Below, piece after piece: positions 40,977 to 50,632 of a DNA stretch of 50,632 bases. Source of the DNA: Paramecium tetraurelia (lineage: Eukaryota); NCBI GenBank assembly GCA_000165425.1, contig CT868039.1, positions 186,001 to 236,632 of the forward strand. The letters run 5' to 3'. Below the pieces are notes generated by a model. That model saw only the letters and a program-made list of their open reading frames with translations, had not been told where the DNA came from and searched no databases. Both the position numbers and the translations under genes were made by a program. The first letter of the stretch is position 1. Each line of letters opens with the position of its first letter.

Positions 40977-43079
40977 ATGACTGAGGAAATTGAGACTCAT
41001 ATTATGCAGAAGTATGAAATAATCTAGAAAATGGGAAAAGGAGCTTATGGTGTTGTATGGAAAGCGATAGTTCGAAAAACAAAATAAATAGTTGCTCTGA
41101 AGAAAGTATTTGATGCTTTTCACAATGCCACAGATGCACAACGCACATTTCGAGAGGTAATGTTTTTACAAGAGATGGCCCATGACAATGTTATTCGAAT
41201 GACAAATATTCATAAGGCTGATAATAACAAGGATCTTTACATAGTTTTTGATTTCATGGAAACAGATCTTCATGCCGTCATTCGAGGCGGAATACTCGAA
41301 GAAATCCATTAAAGGTATTCTTATTACTATTTTAGATATATTATCTACCAGATACTCAAAGCACTCAAGTATATTCATTCAGCTGAAATAATCCATCGAG
41401 ATTTGAAACCTTCAAATGTTTTATTAGATGCTGAGTGCAATGTAAAGGTTGCAGATTTTGGACTTGCAAGAAGCCTCCTCATGCCGATAGATGAAAATGC
41501 CATTTTGACTGAATATGTAGCAACTCGTTGGTACAGAGCTCCAGAGATCCTTCTAGGATCCACTTTCTATACTAAGGCTGTCGATATGTGGTCAGTTGGC
41601 TGCATCTTAGGGGAGATGATCAATGGTAAACCTATTTTTCCTGGGAGTTCAACTCTAAATTAAATTGAAAGAATTATTGAAGTCATTGGTAGACCCTCAA
41701 CATCAGAGTTAGAGAGTGTACAAGCTCCATTAGCTTCTTAAATAGTCAACAATATTCCAAAAGGAGCTCGAATTGGATTTACTAATTACTTTCCTAAGGC
41801 AACACCTTAGGCCTTGGATTTAATTCGAAAGTTATTGTCATTCAATCCTCATACAAGAATAACTGTAGAGGAAGCCTTGAGACATCCTTATGTCAATGCA
41901 TTTCACAACGAATAGTAAGAGCCAACAGCAAACCCAATTAAAATATCAATGAATGATAATAAGAAATTTAGTATAAAGGAATATAGAGAAGCATTATATT
42001 TAGAAATAACTAAAAAATATGATTAAAAAAATGAAACTAAGATTGAAAATAAATTTGAAAACTCTTTAAAAGCTAATGATGTTCTCTAGTAACAATAGGA
42101 AAGAAGAAGAACCTAAAGCTTTTAATAGCCATCAAAAAAGCCTGTTGGACCTTCAAATACTACACTTCCAAGCGAATAACCTATAATTAGATAATCCGAC
42201 ACTAACATTATGCAATAAATCAAAGATTATGGAAACAGGGAAGTTTAATAAAAGGATTATTGTATCAAGGATTACCTTCCAAAAGATTATAGCTCAAAGG
42301 ATTATTTTGCATAATAAAATGTGAACGTGAGTAAAGAATTTATTAGTGGGTAATTTGGTAAAGAAGTTAATAAGGAAAACTAAAGATCCAAAAATATGGT
42401 TGAAGTCACAAATAATAACAATAAATTAGAAAGAGATACTTCCTTATCTAAAAAATAGATTTTGTCTATGTGGACATAACCTAACCAAAAACCATAAATC
42501 TCTAATCCACAATAAAGACCACCTTCAGTAAGTGTATATGCAGCACTGAATTAAAATTCAAATAATTAGTTAAAATAATAATAATAACAGTAATAATAAT
42601 ATTAATAATAATAACAACATCAATAGTCATAATAATAATAATCGTAATAATAATCAAATAATGTTTCTACATAAAAAAGAATGAGTAGTAAAATGCCTAC
42701 TAGTGGTACAAGCACTTCTTTTTATTTTCCAGCTGAAAAAACAAATTCAAGCTTTAATTATGGAAAAAAAATATCCAAAGACAACAGTTTTTTATTAGAT
42801 TAAAATGTCCAAAGCATATAAAATATACCATAATCTTCAATGCCCTAGTAGCCATAATAAGGGGGACTGTATTAAAAAAGTATTTATCTTAAATTAATAT
42901 TTGTAGCGACTAGTGTGAATTATCAAACCTATTTGATGCAAAAGGGTATCCCTGATTAGAGAAGCAAATAAAACTTAGTTAATCATTAAAGAACTTAGTC
43001 TTAGTTGGGTGCGAATAATAGTGTTCTTATAAATAGATGCAAGGAGTTTTTGTAAAATATGCATGCCTTAAAATAATGA
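40977..43079 (+). CDS. MAPK15: MAP kinase, ERK7/ERK8 type, with long Q-rich tail
   Basis: [59 protein letters not shown]. Confidence 0.85.
42572..42662 (+). repeat. Poly-Gln coding tract built from TAA/CAA/TAG codons
   Basis: Imperfect (TAA)n run in frame within the MAPK tail. Confidence 0.7.
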
Positions 43080-43216
43080 ATTAGATTATGATCACTTTTC
43101 ATTTTTAAACTTAATTATTTTTCTTTATTTGAAATCATAAAATTAAGATATTGCAGATAGCAAATTATCTAATTATTTTATCTTCATAAATATTTAGACA
43201 AATAATATAAATAGAT

Positions 43217-43465
43217 TCATTAAATTGAACAGCTACAGGAACATTTAGAATTGTCCTTATTCAGGTGATATTTTTACACTATATAAACATCACATAATTC
43301 TCTTTTCTCAATAATATCTCTAAAGGAAATTCTTTTCCCCTTCACACCTTTAATAATTGGATGATTGTATTTGTCAACTCTTGGATAGACAAACTTTTTT
43401 TGTTTTTTTTCAATCTCTGTTATACAGATATAAGTTTATGTTTGAGTTTCGATTCGTTCATTCAT
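43217..43465 (-). CDS. Small protein (82 aa) with RVxF-like motif and Cys-rich CaaX-type C-terminus
   Basis: ..PRVDKYNHPIIKGVKGKRISFRDIIEKRELCDVYIV..KCSCSCSIQ-TGA. Confidence 0.7.
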
Positions 43466-43806
43466 ATTAATTTATTTATTTATAAACTACAAATTTCATA
43501 CTTCACTTATTTATATGAAAATTATTATATACTTCTTTGTTTTTTGGATACCCTTACTGAATATCATTCTGCTGAATAATTATATTGTTGTTGTGTTAAA
43601 TTCAAATTTAGAATTTTGAATTAAATAAATTATACATTAATTATAAGAGCAAAAAGATAAAACAAAATAGCAAGTTGCAAAGTTAATTCCACAAATTCTT
43701 GAATTTTAAGTGTAAAATAGACTTTGTTGTTATAAAAATTAATGATGAAAACTTAAAATATAAGCAATTTTATTTGTGATAATATTAAGTATTAAGTTAA
43801 ATTAAT

Positions 43807-45435
<1,629 letters not shown>

Positions 45436-45482
45436 GATTCTCATAATTAATACTCTCTATTAAATAAATATATACTTTATGT

Positions 45483-45547
45483 ATATATTTTAATGACGCA
45501 TAATATCGAAATTACTCTCTAAAGATCTTATGCTGATGAAATATTTA
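45483..45547 (+). promoter_or_regulatory. SECIS element (selenocysteine insertion sequence)
   Basis: aTGAc (45493-45497), stem gcataatatc, loop starting gAAA, stem gatcttatgc, TGAt (45534-45537), flanked by an AT helix; about 60 nt after the stop codon. Confidence 0.88.
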
Positions 45548-45686
45548 ATGGAGATGGTGAATTTATTTCATAAATTATTTGTTATTTCAACTTAAAAATT
45601 TATTAAGAGTTTTTTACAAATCTAATTTCGATTAGATAATATAAAATAAATTTCAAAATTTAAACAAGGAAGATTTACTGTTTTCT

Positions 45687-47168
45687 TCATTAATAATCTT
45701 ACAATAATTGCTTATACTCAAGGAAGTTCAACTAAAATTTATCAATTTTATTACTCTATCGAAATCGGTTACTTCAGAAAACATTTCTAATAATTGCTAT
45801 TCTTCGATATCAATTTTTTTAGTAATACTTTTAACAGTTATATAGCCATTTTTATTTGATAATTACATATAAGATTATGAAATAACATTTTCATTTAATA
45901 GTTATTCTAAATCGATGGCAACTATTAAAAATTATTATAAGCTAATTTTTGATTTATCATCCTCATCTAAAACTTCATAAATTTTATCGCTGTTCTTTTT
46001 ATATTTATAATTTTATGTAGCAATTGAAAATAATTGGAAAAACTCAACCATATCAATTTTTCCATCGGCATCGAGATCATATTTACTAAATAAATCAGTT
46101 AGTTTCAGTTTTTCATTATAGAGAAATCTTTCAATTATAAAATAAGTCAAAACAGAAGTTAATGAATTAAATTTTATGCATTTTAATTTTTAAAACGAAT
46201 TACCAATTGTATTTCTTGAATCTAGATTTTATATCCAACTCATCTCTTTGACTTGCTATAAAGATAAACGATGTAATGGTATTGGATCAATCATCTTCAT
46301 AATTAATTTACATATCTTATTTGGCAATTTCTGGCAATCAAATTCTTCATTTAATTCCTTTTTGATTTCCCATTTTGATGATTTACTCAGCATAATTCTA
46401 AAGGGATGTCCAGTTAATAACTAGAACCCAATCAATCCCAATGCTTATACGTCGTTTTTTTAAGTGATTTTTGTTGGTAATTTTAAGTATATGTTTTTTG
46501 TTTGAACTAAGAATAAATTGATTTCAGAACGATCTTATACACAATTAAAAGTATCAAAATGAATTGCTCCATGACAATATGATTCGGAATGTAGATATCC
46601 GATAATGTCAACCATTTTATTAAATATGATACCTGCACTTTCTACGCTTAGTTTATTCATTTTTAAATATTCGCTGAACTTTTTCATTTCTTAATGCTCA
46701 TATAAGGCATAATAATTTTAGTCATCATCATATATGTCTATAAGCTTTATTATAAACTCATGATTCTACATAATTTCATGTTTATACCAATGGCATAGAA
46801 ATCATTCTATTAATAAGTTCCTCGCTATCTTAAAATTACTTTTTATAAACATAAGCCTTATATTAATTATCAGAATTGATTTATTTTACGATTATATAAT
46901 CCAAACTTTTAGTTATCATCCGAAAATTTTCTGAAAACCCTTATTTTATTGATAATTCAGGCCCTTATTATATGGCTTTACTTGATTGTTATTATATTGA
47001 TCCTGTATTCTGATGGAAAATTGGAGTTTAAACCAACGATGATTTTTATTGAAGTTGGTTTACAAATGATCCCCCATGAAAACTATTATTTTCTTGCCCA
47101 ACTTAATTGTTATTGTTATTATCTTCTTTAATAAGTTCTTTTTTTGTCTTACTGGAACAGAGTCCCAT
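45687..47168 (-). CDS. CDPK-like pseudokinase with EF-hands
   Basis: MGLCSSK N-terminus; HEFIIKLIDIYDD; YLHSESYCHGAIHFDTF (no HRD, no DFG); DVQALG; EF-hand YDLDADGKIDMVEF. Confidence 0.75.
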
Positions 47169-49272
47169 TAAATTTATGATAAATAAAATATAGAAATACT
47201 GGTGCCAAATTTAATATTACTAATAATTAATGATCCTCTCATTTATATACTTTAATTAGTTAATATACTAGCAATTGATATAAGAACCGTAAATATCACT
47301 TTATCAATATTTATAAATTCAAAATCACTTTTCCAAGCATTTCCTCATTTTCATAAAAGCATTTTTCAATTTCGATTAATTTTGAATTTTTTTCATTTTA
47401 TAGGTGAGAAAAATTTATTTTAATTTTTATTAATTGAAATATTGATATTACTAATGAGCTTTCTGGTTTTTATAAAGTTTAATTCTTCAGGTTTTGTGTT
47501 AAAGCTTTCTTTTGCTACATGTTTTACCACCTTTAAGCCTAATAATTTTAACAATTTGAGGAAATAAATATTATTGGAGCAATGAGCAAAGGATCGTTTG
47601 ATGTATTAATGATTAAATGAAATTTAAAGACATAATTATTAAGAAACTTTATAATTAGGTTGATTTAATAATGTATTATGTAATTTAGGCTCAAATTTTT
47701 ATAAATTTATAACAAACACTAGTCTATTCAAAAAGAGGTTGATTTAAGAAGAGAATTGTTGAAATATGTTGGTTGTGTGTGCTTGCCTCCATATTTTTCA
47801 TAATTTAACCATATTAAAAGTGTATGGTGACATGAAATTAACTTGAAGAAATCAATAATTGCCTCGTTTATTCAGTGATCATCCCTTAATTCATTATCAA
47901 TCAGTGTTCAAAGTAGTCGAAAAGGGTTTGAGAAAGGCAGATTTAAATATTAGATGAATAATGTTTTTGTAATTAAAATAACAAATATTAACAATGAATC
48001 TTTTGATTTCAGATAATTCTAATTTACAATTATCCCAACTATAACTCATAAATATCAAATTGTGGAAAAGACTAGAGTATTCAATAGGTACAAAATTATA
48101 ATAAGTCAAATATATTATGTAGTTAATATAAATTGTTCGAAGTGGATAAAAAATCAATCAAGACATTTGGTCTTAAAAGCTAACATGAATAATTAGGAGC
48201 TTGAGCGTAGTATAGATTTACTACATTAATTAAACAGAGAGTCCATTTTTTTATTTAGAAATTTGTCTTGAAACTTATTAAAGAATTTTAAATTTCGATC
48301 ATTAAAATATTATGGTTTTTATTATGTTCTACAAATCACCTGTTATGGTGTTTATGTATTCACTGAGTTTAATACATTGAAGCCGTTTTAATTAAATCTT
48401 TTTCATAAATGCTGGCTTGGAATAGGAGTGAATTTTGTAGTTTGCACATTTATTAAACTTTATTGATCAGATGTAAAGTATTAGCATGAATAATAAAAAT
48501 TGTTTAAGTTTTGATAATTTAAATTATAAATATTAAATTATTGGTTTTAGTAACTTTAATCTCATTCTATGATTTATTTTTATGCCTCTTCAAATAGGTT
48601 TAATTAAACATGCAGGTGAATATAAAATATATCAACATTTCCTAAAATTATAATATTTCTTCTTTGAATTCAATTCAAAGTCTCCAACATATAATCAGAT
48701 CTATTAGTCAATTAATTTATAATCTAAGAAACTAGTGAGAGAGTAGAAAATTATGATTAATCTCGTGATTTAATTAAATATTGATATTATTTTCAGTTGG
48801 CAATTAACCACTCAAATCCATTTTCATTATTTTACTTATGTTTCATTTCAATTATGTTTGTTATAATAAATTACAAATAAATTAATGAGAAAAATTTAAT
48901 GTTGATATACTTAACACTTTCAGGTGGCTTTTCTACTAAGTTATATATATTACAGTTTAAACATCGAAATGTACTTACATTTTATATAATATTCTTTTCT
49001 ATAATAATTTAAGTATATCAGCTCAAACTTTTTTTATATATGATGTGCTTATTTTTGATTCCTCTTATATCAGACTTTATCAATTTCTATATTTGTCAAA
49101 TGAGATCTACTTTAAAAAAAGTTATTGTATTTTATATTTAAATATATCCAGATGAGAAGGTTTACATTTATTTCCTTAGTCATATTAGCAACATTAATAT
49201 ACATCCAATTTTAATAAGATTAGAAATGTATAATATACTTATTATGTAAATAAACTATTATTGATATGTATT

Positions 49273-50632
49273 TCATGAAATCTTATTCAAGTAATAATAA
49301 TCTACTTCGTTATATATCTCTTCCGAAATTAGATCATAGTTTTTATCTATGTTACTTCTGGCTTAAGATAATAATTCTGCATCATCCTCATTTAAGATAC
49401 AATTATTTTCAAAAGGTTTTTCTGACTTTTAACTAACAAGCGTCTCGATATCTTTATACTAAGGAAAATTAATCCTTTATCCCAATTTAATGAGATTTAT
49501 AAAATTCATTTCTAAATTTCGATGATCTAATAACAAAATACAACCTAGATATCTCATACAATAAATTCAAATAACTAAGTTTTTATTACATTTATTTGGA
49601 AGCTTTATCAAAAAACTTCCTAAATGTATTTACATCTACTTACATTTGATTGAAACGAACTTAAACTATTTTTCCAAACCAATTCTTTTTTATTTCTATT
49701 TTTTTAAATTCTGGGTAATAAAAACTTATGAGCTCCTCTAATACCTTTTGATTTAAATAGAATTCATTTAAATACATAATCATGTATTTGAACATAAATA
49801 ATATTGATACTATAGATCCTATATTTGCTAATAGATCTCCTAAACGTGGATACTCTAATATCGTTTTTTCTTGAGTCCCTCTCATTCCAAGATAAACTGC
49901 TCCAATTACATCATTTTAATATGCTTTTTAACAATATTCAAAAGAATTTGTTTAAGTCTGTATTTGTGCATCTACAATATATCCCTTATATTCAGATGTG
50001 CCAAATAAAAAATATTTCTAGAGTTCAAATAAATTTGTCCCCACACATATATATACTGAATAGCAATATTGTTACTCGATTTATAAAAAGTATTCTTAGT
50101 ATCCACGTTGTTTTGATCCATCTCGAGGATCTATCGTTGTTGAATAAAATTAAAGAAGTATCAAATTGTTAGTTACGCAAAAAATTCTTCTGTAAGTTCT
50201 GGAGAAGCACATTTTTCATTTGGCTTTAAATATTTTTCTTAACATAACACTACTTCTATATACATTTCATTTGTAGTGAAAATTTAATTATCAAAATAGG
50301 AAAAACCAAACTTCATATTTGGTATATATAAGTCTCCAAAAGATGTAGTTGTATGATTTTGTATTAATTATGCCTCTGTCAACTAATTATTATTAGCGTA
50401 AACTACTAATGGCAATAAAATATTATTTGTAAATGGATCAATTTTGCCTTCATAATCTTTCCAATATGATACTCTTATTACATCCTCACTCAAGTCGAGC
50501 AGAGAGTAGTCTGATAAATAATTCTCCCGGGATATTTTTGGATTCATTTAATTTGTTTTCCAGAGGTAACCAACCCATAATGAATAGGACAAACTTAATA
50601 AACATATTGTAATTGTTAGTATTCCTCCTATT
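49273..50632 (-). CDS. Ciliate-expanded two-TM membrane protein (copy 2, 5' truncated by window edge)
   Basis: Colinear with 4705-6147: MRGTQEKTILEYPRLGDLLANIGSIVSILF.., C-terminus YYYLNKIS-TGA. Confidence 0.85.

Noticed and set aside
42572..42662. (TAA)n microsatellite or stop-codon array
   Set aside because: In-frame poly-Gln under the ciliate code

Overview
AT-rich, gene-dense eukaryotic DNA that reads as a ciliate macronuclear chromosome segment, most likely Paramecium. Frames open only with TAA/TAG read as Gln and TGA as stop, and genes carry many 20-30 nt GT..AG introns, so the supplied standard-code ORF track is mostly fragments. About 27 protein genes can be reconstructed by hand: CCDC112-like, a trichocyst matrix protein, a degenerate macrodomain protein, two inverted paralogs of a ciliate 2-TM family, a SWI3/SMARCC-like subunit, a secreted (Gly-Pro-Leu)n protein, PP1 inhibitor-2, IFT70/TTC30, a PABP-like protein, Sec61gamma, a kinase-LRR, a PP4-like phosphatase, a mitochondrial pyruvate carrier, an eIF2alpha-kinase-like gene, a membrane RING ligase, a three-gene kinase/pseudokinase tandem array, a CDPK, a hybrid histidine kinase, an ERK7-type MAPK, a thioredoxin reductase and a CDPK-like pseudokinase. 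The best-supported highlight is the thioredoxin reductase, which ends Gly-Cys-TGA(Sec)-Ala-TGA and has a clear SECIS hairpin in its 3' UTR. Also notable are a start codon that exists only after splicing (PABP-like gene), a PPP phosphatase with GDYVNRG, and an intronless GPL-repeat secreted protein. I found no mobile element, CRISPR array, rRNA or tRNA, and no confidently novel multi-gene system. Coordinates are hand-derived, and several genes contain single-base frameshifts that are probably sequencing errors.
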